A DNA stretch of 63,380 nt, taken from contig DBYQ01000058.1 in assembly GCA_002310015.1 (NCBI GenBank), forward strand, positions 1-63,380. Direction: 5' to 3'. Source of the DNA: Bacteroidales bacterium UBA1182 (GTDB lineage: Bacteria > Bacteroidota > Bacteroidia > Bacteroidales > Bacteroidaceae). The position numbers and the translations under genes are program-made. The stretch's first letter is position 1, and every line of letters begins with the position of its first letter. Below, piece by piece: positions 51,000 through 59,315 of this stretch. The notes beneath the pieces are model-generated. The model made no database searches, was not told the DNA's origin, and saw nothing but the letters and a program-made list of their open reading frames with translations.

Positions 51000-52745
51000 T
51001 CACTTCCAGTTTTTATCAAGGAAAGCTATGCGGTCAGCAAACCATTTCTTGAGTATGCCTATTTCCTCATCGTAACTGGAGACGGTGTATGCTGAGAACA
51101 TACCTGCTGCTCCGCCGCCACCGAAACCTCCGAATCCTCCACCGCCGGGGAATCCTCCTCCAAAGCCGCCGAATCCACCAAATCCGCCGTTCTGCTGTCC
51201 CTGGGTATTCTGACTGTCATCTCTCTTGGGAACCAGAAGGTCTGAATATTTTGTATACTGACGGGCCTGAGCCTCCTGAAGTTGAGCGGCGTGCTCATCA
51301 ATGAAACGGTTTATGCTTTCAATGCTCAGATAGTCCTTGCGGAGTTCTTTCCAGCGTGCCTTGACCTTAGCCATGAAAGCGGGATCCTCTGTGAGGCGTT
51401 TCCACATAGCGGGGGTGGGGTTGGTCTCGCTGCCTTCATAAACCCATGCCTCAATATTGTTGGCATTGGCGAAATTGCAGTTGCCGTATGCCAGGTTGTA
51501 ATCCCATACTGTGCCGGCATGCAGTTTACCGCCAGTACCGTCCTCATTCTGCTTGGTCTTATAGAAATAGGTACTGCGCTTGAGGCCATCGGCATTAAGG
51601 CTGAGCTCAGTATGAATGAAGTAATCCACAAATGATTCCACATCAATGTATTTGGCGTAGCCGTTAACCGGATCTGCAAAATCATCGCTCTGGATTACCT
51701 TCTCAACGGTATTTACGTAATTGGCGATATACTCCTGCTGCTTATCGGTCATCTTGCTGGCCTTGGGGTATAAGATGGTCCATGTTACGGTAGCCCTGCC
51801 GCCAAAACCGCCCCCAAAGCCGCCCATTCCGCCTCCGAATCCGCCGAACATGCCGCCTACGTTGGTGTTCATGATGCCGGGAACATCAGATGTGAATGAT
51901 TTCTCACCTTCATCGGGCGGGTCAACACGTACTATGTAACCACCTGTGATATCGATACCTGTGGTATCCTTAGAGGTGAGCTTGGCTATGTCAATGCGGT
52001 TCTTGCCGCGTTTGATCTTTTCACAAAGTGTGTAAACGCCTATGTACTTGCCGTTCATGACTACCTCACAATAGCGTGTGTGCGGTGCCCAATGGCCCAT
52101 GTTATTCCACATGTCAAATGCAAACGCGTCACGCATCATTGAGACGTCATTATATGGAGCCAGCAGCACCCAGTCATTATCGGCCGGCATGCCTAAAAGT
52201 TCCACATCATTGGCCTTGCCTTCAGAGGTTACTGTCTCAAATGTAAAACGCTTCTGATCAAAGAACAGTGATGAATTTCCGCGAAGCTTTATCTTGATGT
52301 TTCCGTCATATCCGTTAGCCGGATCAGTTATTTTATTGCGTTTCTTGCCATTGTCAATGATCTTCATTGTGGCACCAGACTTCTCCCTGTTGGTGAGTGT
52401 CTTGCCCTCTGTCTGGATAATCACGATAGGCAGGTTTGATGATGTAAACTCCACATCATTACGGGTTGTGGTAGGGTCATATTCCGTACCCATTCCAAAG
52501 CCGCCGCCAAAGCCTCCGAATCCGCCTCCGCCGGGGAAACCGCCTGGCATCTGGCCTCCTTCCTGATCCTGAACGGGGAAACGTCCGCCAAAACCACCGG
52601 GGAATCCGCCACCTGGGAAACCGCCTCCCTGAAATCCTCCGCCACCTCCGGGAAATCCTCCACCGGGAAACTGTGAACACACTGTCAAGGGCAATAAGAC
52701 TACTGCACCGATTATAAGAAATTTTCTGACTGACTTAAATGACAT
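51000..52745 (-). CDS. CotH kinase family protein with three Gly/Phe-rich insertions
   Basis: CotH-like core (DWVLLAPYNDVSMMRDAFAFDMW, GKYIGVYTLCEKI, GLKRSTYFYK). GGF/GGFPGG blocks follow the signal peptide, occur mid-protein and occur near the C-terminus. Confidence 0.7.
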   Translation of the reverse strand: MSFKSVRKFLIIGAVVLLPLTVCSQFPGGGFPGGGGGFQGGGFPGGGFPGGFGGRFPVQDQEGGQMPGGFPGGGGFGGFGGGFGMGTEYDPTTTRNDVEFTSSNLPIVIIQTEGKTLTNREKSGATMKIIDNGKKRNKITDPANGYDGNIKIKLRGNSSLFFDQKRFTFETVTSEGKANDVELLGMPADNDWVLLAPYNDVSMMRDAFAFDMWNNMGHWAPHTRYCEVVMNGKYIGVYTLCEKIKRGKNRIDIAKLTSKDTTGIDITGGYIVRVDPPDEGEKSFTSDVPGIMNTNVGGMFGGFGGGMGGFGGGFGGRATVTWTILYPKASKMTDKQQEYIANYVNTVEKVIQSDDFADPVNGYAKYIDVESFVDYFIHTELSLNADGLKRSTYFYKTKQNEDGTGGKLHAGTVWDYNLAYGNCNFANANNIEAWVYEGSETNPTPAMWKRLTEDPAFMAKVKARWKELRKDYLSIESINRFIDEHAAQLQEAQARQYTKYSDLLVPKRDDSQNTQGQQNGGFGGFGGFGGGFPGGGGFGGFGGGGAAGMFSAYTVSSYDEEIGILKKWFADRIAFLDKNWK

Positions 52746-52807
52746 ATGTACGTTATGATTTATATATAGATTATCATTTGAATCGTCAAAAGTTAAATCA
52801 ATAACTC

Positions 52808-52848
52808 AAAAGGGGATGTTCCTGTAAACTGTCGGAACATCCCCTTTT
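52808..52848 (-). terminator. rho-independent terminator hairpin
   Basis: aaaaggggatgttcc ... ggaacatcccctttt: a 15-nt arm pair with A/T tracts, directly downstream of the SGNH gene. Confidence 0.7.
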
Positions 52849-52872
52849 AATTAGTTTTTATATTAAGTTACC

Positions 52873-54072
52873 TCATTTCTCAAACAACTTGAGGTCTATG
52901 CAGTTGCCCATCTGCACATAGCCTTCAGCATTGGGGTGCAGATAATCGTTCTCAAACAGATACTTGGGGTTGAGCTGTGCAGGATCATCGGGATTACCCA
53001 TGGCTGCATCAAAGTCAATGACACCGTCAAAATAACCTCCGTTGCGGATCCACTGGTTGAGTTGCTGACGTCCTGCCTCATGGTTCTCACTGTAATAGTT
53101 GTTGCCCTTGAACTGCATTACGGGAGCACCGTAGACAAGAATGTCGCGCTCGTGTGCCTCATCTATGATCTGTTTGTAAACTTCTATGATCTGCTTTGCT
53201 TTTGCGGTTGCATCACCATAGCCGCCCAGGTCATTGACACCCTCAAACAGGATGATGTATTTTACGCCCTCCTGCTGGAACAGGTCACGCGGATAACGGC
53301 TCTTGCCGGTAGGGCCGAGACCGCCGTTAAGTATGCAGTTTCCGCCAAGCCCCATGTTCAGCACTGATACACGCTTGGTCTTCTTATTGGCAAGCAGACG
53401 GCGTGACAGGTTATCGGTCCAACGGTTCTGCTCATTGGTGGTTGAACCACGACCATCAGTTATGGAGTTGCCCAGGACTACTATGGCGCGGGCCTTCTTC
53501 TCAGCCTTGATCTCAATGGCGTTAATGATGTACCAGTGGGCAGTCTTTACAGCATTTGTAAAGTCTGAGCCCTGACCTTCAATAAGATATGAATCAGTAC
53601 GTGAGCCGGGGTGGCCTGTCACGCTGGTTGATGAAGCCTCACCCAGATGCATGGTGATGGCAACATTCTCACGTGTACCCATGGGGAACTTGACTGGATC
53701 TGACGTAACGAGTTTACCGGGCTCTATGGTAACTGATTTCTTGCCACCGAATGTGAGGCTTACCTCTGTTCCAGCAATGATGTCACTGCTGCTGCCGGCT
53801 GTGGCTGCACGTGCTATCTCTGCTGCGTTGATGGTTACAGGACCCTGGCTGAACTCATTAGAGAACTTTACGCGGACTTCCTTGCCGCTGATGGACGTCT
53901 GTACTATCTGACGTATTGAATTGTTGCCAAGGCCTGGGGCTGGGGGACAGTTGTGGGGCTCAACCACCTGCTCTGCGGTGGCCCATGTAGCTACCCAATG
54001 CTTTTTTGCGCTGGCTGAACTGATTGTCAAAAATGACAGGACTACTGTAAGTAATGCACTTTTAATTCTCAT
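52873..54072 (-). CDS. SGNH/GDSL hydrolase family protein (secreted esterase)
   Basis: Signal peptide and an N-terminal beta domain. Block I VVLGNSITDG, GVNDLG, and a C-terminal DYLHPN (catalytic Asp/His region). Confidence 0.75.
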   Translation of the reverse strand: MRIKSALLTVVLSFLTISSASAKKHWVATWATAEQVVEPHNCPPAPGLGNNSIRQIVQTSISGKEVRVKFSNEFSQGPVTINAAEIARAATAGSSSDIIAGTEVSLTFGGKKSVTIEPGKLVTSDPVKFPMGTRENVAITMHLGEASSTSVTGHPGSRTDSYLIEGQGSDFTNAVKTAHWYIINAIEIKAEKKARAIVVLGNSITDGRGSTTNEQNRWTDNLSRRLLANKKTKRVSVLNMGLGGNCILNGGLGPTGKSRYPRDLFQQEGVKYIILFEGVNDLGGYGDATAKAKQIIEVYKQIIDEAHERDILVYGAPVMQFKGNNYYSENHEAGRQQLNQWIRNGGYFDGVIDFDAAMGNPDDPAQLNPKYLFENDYLHPNAEGYVQMGNCIDLKLFEK

Positions 54073-54293
54073 AGTTTTATGGTTTTGGTTGTTAATGTTC
54101 AGAAATCTTTTTCAAAGGTACGTAAAAAGAGTGTTCTGATGAAACCAAAACCATAAATACTATAGAAAAAACCACATCGAGTTGAACATTATTAATATCG
54201 GACTGTCACATCAATAAATGTTTCATCTGTTCCAAATATTAAGATTTGTTCCAAAAGCGCACGTCAACTATGGAACATTCAGAAATATTGGAG

Positions 54294-54301
54294 TATCTTT
54301 G
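54294..54301 (+). promoter_or_regulatory. candidate -7 box TATCTTTG
   Basis: TAnnTTTG match 27 nt upstream of the ATG at 54328. Confidence 0.45.
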
Positions 54302-54327
54302 TCTTTGTAGAATTAATCCCGGGTTTT

Positions 54328-57300
54328 ATGCGTAAACCAATTATTGCTTTACTGACCGCATTGTGTATTGCCATAACCGCAAATGCGCAAAGAATATATC
54401 ATTTCCCTATCGGACAGGTATCCGATAACCGTTTCCATGCCATCTGTGAGGATTTGTCAGGATTCATGTGGATTGGAACGGAGAATGGTCTTAACCGTTA
54501 TGACGGATACAATTTCCATCAGTTCTTCCATGATGACAATGATTCACTTTCACTTCTGAGCAATTATGTAAGAAGCCTGTACATAGATGCTGACGGAACA
54601 TTATGGATAGGAACAAACCGCGGATTACAATATCTAAGATCAAGTGAGAAAAGTTTCCATACGGTTCCGTTCCCCGGGAGCAGGTCACCTTATATTGAGA
54701 AAATCAGCCAGTTCAGTGACGGAAAGATATGGATTGCAGCACGCGGCAACGGCATTTTCTGGGTAGATCCCAAGGATCCGGTGCAGGCCAACAGTGTTGT
54801 AAGTGTCAATACGTTCTCTACGGCTCAGAGGGTATTCCGTACATTGCTTGAGGATCAGGAAGGAACCATCTGGCTGGGTTCCACAACAGGAATTCTGCTG
54901 TACGACCCTAAGACAGACAAGATAACGGAGTTCCGTCCTGACATGCTTGACCATGACATTACCGGTATCAACAAGGATGAAAACGGCAATGTCTATATTA
55001 CCACCAATAACCATCTTTATATGTGGAACTCTGACAGGCGTACTCTTACGCGGCTTACGCCCGATGAAGGTATCTGGGAGATAACCCATTCTTTCATTGA
55101 CAAGGATGGCCTTAAGATATCCATACGCGGTAAGGGACTTCTTGCCCTCACCAATGAGAGGAAGCTTGAAAGGGTGGAGCTTAAACCGTTTGACCGCAGT
55201 CTGGAGAAACTTGATGTCAGCGCTTACTACCGTGATAAAGCCGATAACATCTGGATAGGATGCTTTCTTTCCGATTATATACTTGTAACAAAGGAGAGGA
55301 ATGAGTTTGACTATTGGAAATTCTCTGATTATCAGGAGGATGTATCGGGAACTGTCACTGCGATGATTACTGATACCAAGGGCCGGCTCTGGATAGGATA
55401 CAACAACAACAGCCTGACCTGTATGTCAAATGAGGGTGAAGTGTTGAAGGAAGGCAAAGGTTCTGCTTACATTAACTGCATGTTCCGTGACAACCGTAAC
55501 AGGATATGGGTGGGTTATCCCAATGGAGGTCTTGCCATACTTGATACCGAAACCGGACGGTTGCGCCCCGTAATGACCAATGAGTACTCAAATGTCTCAT
55601 CAATAGCAGAGGATCTGCAGGGACGAATCTATTATTCAGAACTTGGAAGCGGTTTCAGCAGGCTGGATCCGTCAGATATGAAACCTGCGCTGTACACAAG
55701 TTTTGCCCAAAGCGGCAGGAACGGCCAGTGGCTCAGCAATGACTGGATACATACCATGGTTGTTGATTCCTGGAACAGGCTCTGGATAGGACATGACAAC
55801 GGTGTTGACTGCTTTGATGTTGACCACAACACATTCCTGCCCAACAATAAGATATTGGCCGCCATGGGTACATCGGGCTGTACCTGTATTCTTGAAGAGG
55901 GTAATGGCATAATGTGGTTCGGAACTACCAAGGGCGTGATAATATATGATTCCACAAATGGTGAAACACGCCTTCTGAACACCTCAAAAGGACTCTCAAA
56001 CGATGATATCCGTGGTATGATAAAGGATAATGACGGATATGTATGGGTGGCAACCCCGAACGGCCTTAACCGTATTAATTCCGAGAATCTGGAGATAAGC
56101 CGTTTCTTTACGGAGGAGAAGGCATTCAACAGGGTATCAGCGTTCTCTGCAGTTGATGGAAGGGCATATTTTGGAAGCAATGCAGGTATTACGGCTTTCA
56201 GCCCATACAACATAACAACCGGATCCAAGGTCAACCAAGTGATTATGACCGGGTTCTATCTTAACGGTGAACAGATTACCCATGAATCACTGTCGGGCGG
56301 AAAACGTATCTCAGAGAAGCCCCTGAGCATGTCTGACCAGTTCAGGCTGGCATACAGGGACAACTCCTTTACGCTTGAATTCAGTACGCTCAATTATGGT
56401 GATGAGGCCAGCCTGATTTATGAGTATTCACTTAATCCGGACAAGAGGGAGTGGACAAGCAATCCGGCGGGTGTCAACAGGTTTACGTTCTCAAGGCTGG
56501 GATTCGGGCGATACACGCTTTCCGTTAGAGCCAGACTGAATGATATCGTCTCAGAACCAAAGACTTACAATATCAAGATTGAAGCGCCCTGGTATGCCAC
56601 ATCCCTGGCTGTATGTATCTATCTGATTATTGTGCTGGCTATTCTGATGGTTATATTCAAGCTCCGCCGTAAATCACGTGAGAGGGAGATGGATGAGGCC
56701 AAGTTCCAGTCATTCATCAATGTGGCCCATGAGATTTGTGCTCCTATGACTATGGTCATTTCACCGTTGGAGGATATGCTGCGCGATGACAATACTCCTG
56801 CCACGATGTTGCCTAACCTGCGTCAGATGCACAAGAGCTCCACCAGAATACTGTCGCTTATAAACCAGCTGCTGGATATGCGTAAGTATGATGAGGGCCA
56901 GATGCAACTTCATTTTGCTGAAACTGACCTCATAAACTTCCTGATGGGCCCGTTTGAGCTATACACGCAGACGGCTGAGAAACGAAACATAAACTTCCGT
57001 TTCAACCATCCCATGGTAGAGCAGCCTGTCTGGATTGACCGTGACAGCATTGACAAGGTTATGATGAACCTGCTGTCAAATGCCTTCAAATACACGCCCG
57101 ATGACGGTACGATTGAAATAGATGTTGAGGTAGGGACCGATGACCATGAGAGCGGCCCGCTGCACAATTATGTTGAGGTTTCTGTGATTGATACCGGCAT
57201 CGGCCTGGACAAGGATGACGTGAACAGGGTGTTCCAACGTTTCTACAGGGTTGACAATGATGTTACATCGGTCACCATGGGAATGGGTATCGGACTTAAT

Positions 57301-58308
57301 TACAGCCAGATGCTTATAAACATGCATAACGGAACCATTAAGGCCGGCAATCGTACGGACGGACAGAAGGGTAGTGTATTCTCTTTCCGCCTGCCGCTTG
57401 GAAACAGTCATATAGCAAAAGAGGATATGGTTGATCCAGAGGAGGTTGTGCGCCAGCAACTGGACCGCAACAGGGCAAGTATGGATCTGGATGAACCGGA
57501 AGAAACCAACCAGGCTAAAGGAACCTTTAAAGTGCTGGTTGTGGATGATGATGATTCAATGCTTGATTATCTGACAGACAGTCTCAAACAGAGCTACAAG
57601 GTGATTACCGCTCGTAACGGCAAGGAGGGACTGAAGATTGCCGTATCACAGATCCCTGATATTATATTAACTGATGTGGTTATGCCTGAGATGGATGGCA
57701 TCCAACTGGTAAAGGCACTTAAGGGTAACTCACTGGTAAGCCATATCCCTGTCATCATGCTGTCAGGCAAGAACAAGCTTCAGGACCGTACTTTAGGACT
57801 TGATACCGGTGCAGACAGCTATCTGCCCAAACCGTTCTATATCAGTGAGCTTAAGTCACTTATGGCCAACCTTATCAATAACCGCCTCATCGTTAAGGGC
57901 AAGTACTCAGGCCAGCAGGAACAGGCAGAACAGGTGGCTCCCGTACAGTTTGAATCAAGTGACGAGCTGTTCATGAAGCGTGTCATGTCAATTGTCAACA
58001 AGAACATCTCAAACAGCGAGTTCAATATATCCTTCATGGTTGACGAGGTGGGTATGAGCCGCACGCAGCTGCATCGCAAGCTGAAGGAACTTACCGGATT
58101 CTCCGCTGCAAGGTTCCTGCAGAATATCCGCATGCAACAGGCCATGAAACTGCTCAAGGAGAAGAAGGTGAACGTTTCCCAGATTGCCTACAGCGTAGGT
58201 TTCTCTTCACAGACACACTTCTCTACCACCTTCAAGCAGTACTACGGCGTTAGCCCCACGGAGTATATTAAGCAGATTGAAGCTGAAGAGAAAAAAATTG
58301 AAAATTGA
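54328..58308 (+). CDS. hybrid two-component system sensor kinase / response regulator with AraC-type HTH (HTCS)
   Basis: Periplasmic beta-propeller repeats (WIGT.NGL), a TM segment, the HisKA H-box FINVAHEICAPM, an HATPase domain, a REC domain (VLVVDDDD...TDVVMPEMDG) and a C-terminal AraC HTH. The final KIEN and the stop come from a heptamer array. Confidence 0.9.
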   Translation: MRKPIIALLTALCIAITANAQRIYHFPIGQVSDNRFHAICEDLSGFMWIGTENGLNRYDGYNFHQFFHDDNDSLSLLSNYVRSLYIDADGTLWIGTNRGLQYLRSSEKSFHTVPFPGSRSPYIEKISQFSDGKIWIAARGNGIFWVDPKDPVQANSVVSVNTFSTAQRVFRTLLEDQEGTIWLGSTTGILLYDPKTDKITEFRPDMLDHDITGINKDENGNVYITTNNHLYMWNSDRRTLTRLTPDEGIWEITHSFIDKDGLKISIRGKGLLALTNERKLERVELKPFDRSLEKLDVSAYYRDKADNIWIGCFLSDYILVTKERNEFDYWKFSDYQEDVSGTVTAMITDTKGRLWIGYNNNSLTCMSNEGEVLKEGKGSAYINCMFRDNRNRIWVGYPNGGLAILDTETGRLRPVMTNEYSNVSSIAEDLQGRIYYSELGSGFSRLDPSDMKPALYTSFAQSGRNGQWLSNDWIHTMVVDSWNRLWIGHDNGVDCFDVDHNTFLPNNKILAAMGTSGCTCILEEGNGIMWFGTTKGVIIYDSTNGETRLLNTSKGLSNDDIRGMIKDNDGYVWVATPNGLNRINSENLEISRFFTEEKAFNRVSAFSAVDGRAYFGSNAGITAFSPYNITTGSKVNQVIMTGFYLNGEQITHESLSGGKRISEKPLSMSDQFRLAYRDNSFTLEFSTLNYGDEASLIYEYSLNPDKREWTSNPAGVNRFTFSRLGFGRYTLSVRARLNDIVSEPKTYNIKIEAPWYATSLAVCIYLIIVLAILMVIFKLRRKSREREMDEAKFQSFINVAHEICAPMTMVISPLEDMLRDDNTPATMLPNLRQMHKSSTRILSLINQLLDMRKYDEGQMQLHFAETDLINFLMGPFELYTQTAEKRNINFRFNHPMVEQPVWIDRDSIDKVMMNLLSNAFKYTPDDGTIEIDVEVGTDDHESGPLHNYVEVSVIDTGIGLDKDDVNRVFQRFYRVDNDVTSVTMGMGIGLNYSQMLINMHNGTIKAGNRTDGQKGSVFSFRLPLGNSHIAKEDMVDPEEVVRQQLDRNRASMDLDEPEETNQAKGTFKVLVVDDDDSMLDYLTDSLKQSYKVITARNGKEGLKIAVSQIPDIILTDVVMPEMDGIQLVKALKGNSLVSHIPVIMLSGKNKLQDRTLGLDTGADSYLPKPFYISELKSLMANLINNRLIVKGKYSGQQEQAEQVAPVQFESSDELFMKRVMSIVNKNISNSEFNISFMVDEVGMSRTQLHRKLKELTGFSAARFLQNIRMQQAMKLLKEKKVNVSQIAYSVGFSSQTHFSTTFKQYYGVSPTEYIKQIEAEEKKIEN

Positions 58309-58436
58309 GAATTGAAAATTGAAAATTATAAAATAGGTTCGGAAATTTTTTCCGAACCTATTTTAATGTCGCGGGCTATTTAACGCAGGTGCAAGTTACG
58401 CAGGTGCGTGTAATTTTCAATTTTCAATTTTCAATT
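58296..58436. repeat. heptamer-armed cassette H9 (module A)
   Basis: aattgaaaattgagaattgaaaattgaaaatt, a hairpin, AATGTCGCGGG, two ACGCAGGTGC boxes, then aattttcaattttcaattttcaatt. Confidence 0.9.
58330..58364. terminator. bidirectional terminator hairpin (cassette core)
   Basis: aaaataggttcggaaattttttccgaacctatttt between convergent genes. Confidence 0.65.
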
Positions 58437-59268
58437 ACTCCATGGAGTGGAGGAGGGTGATTTCATCGGCCCAGAGGGTTTCGTCGGGCGTTTCAAGGAT
58501 GAAGGGGATGTGGTTCAGGTTGGAGTCCTGCATAATCTTCTTGAAGAAATCAAGCCCCAGGAATCCTTTGCCGATGGAATCGTGACGGTCCACACGTGAA
58601 CCCAACTCCTTCTTGCTGTCATTAAGATGTATGGCGCGGAGATAGTTGTAGCCTATTTCCTGATCAAATTCCTCCCAGACACGCTCATATTCGTTCTTTA
58701 GGTCATAGCCGGCAGTATAGGTGTGACAGGTGTCGATGCATACTCCAACGCGCGATTTGTCATTCACGCCGTCTATGATACGCTTTATCTGCCAGAATGC
58801 GAATCCTATGTTTGAGCCTTGACCTGCGGTATTCTCAATTACAGCTGTCACGCCTTTGGTCTTATCAAGAGTAATATTGATGCTCTCCGCTATGCGGTCC
58901 ATGCATTCCTCTGGGGTAATCTGCTTGAGGTGACTGCCTGGGTGGAAGTTGAGCATGGTGAGTCCAAGCTGCTCGCAACGCTGCATCTCTTCCAGAAATG
59001 AGCCGCGTGATTTCTCCAAACCTTCTGCATCGGGACTACCCAGATTTATCAGATAACTGTCATGAGGAAGTATATACTTAGCCTCAATTCCGGACTTTAA
59101 GACTTGATTCTTAAATTGCTCTATTTCACTTTGTTGCAGAGGTGAGCCAAACCACTGGCGCTGGTTCTTTGTAAACAGGGCAAAAGCCGTGGCGCCAACT
59201 GCCATAGCATTAATGGGAGCATTGAAAACACCCCCTGAAGCTGAAACGTGTGGACCAATTTTCTTCAT
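58435..59268 (-). CDS. nfo: deoxyribonuclease IV (endonuclease IV)
   Basis: [31 protein letters not shown] and LNDSK motifs. ATG at 59268 preferred over TTG at 59277. Confidence 0.9.
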   Translation of the reverse strand: MKKIGPHVSASGGVFNAPINAMAVGATAFALFTKNQRQWFGSPLQQSEIEQFKNQVLKSGIEAKYILPHDSYLINLGSPDAEGLEKSRGSFLEEMQRCEQLGLTMLNFHPGSHLKQITPEECMDRIAESINITLDKTKGVTAVIENTAGQGSNIGFAFWQIKRIIDGVNDKSRVGVCIDTCHTYTAGYDLKNEYERVWEEFDQEIGYNYLRAIHLNDSKKELGSRVDRHDSIGKGFLGLDFFKKIMQDSNLNHIPFILETPDETLWADEITLLHSME

Positions 59269-59282
59269 ATTTTTCAAAAATA

Positions 59283-59311
59283 GTACAAAAGGGGTCTGAC
59301 CCCTTTTGTAT
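59283..59311. repeat. single REP unit, fully symmetric variant
   Basis: gtacaaaaggggtctgaccccttttgtat has AAAA/TTTT on both sides, so the palindrome is near perfect. It lies between the mutS2 stop and the nfo start. Confidence 0.9.
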
Positions 59312-59315
59312 CATT

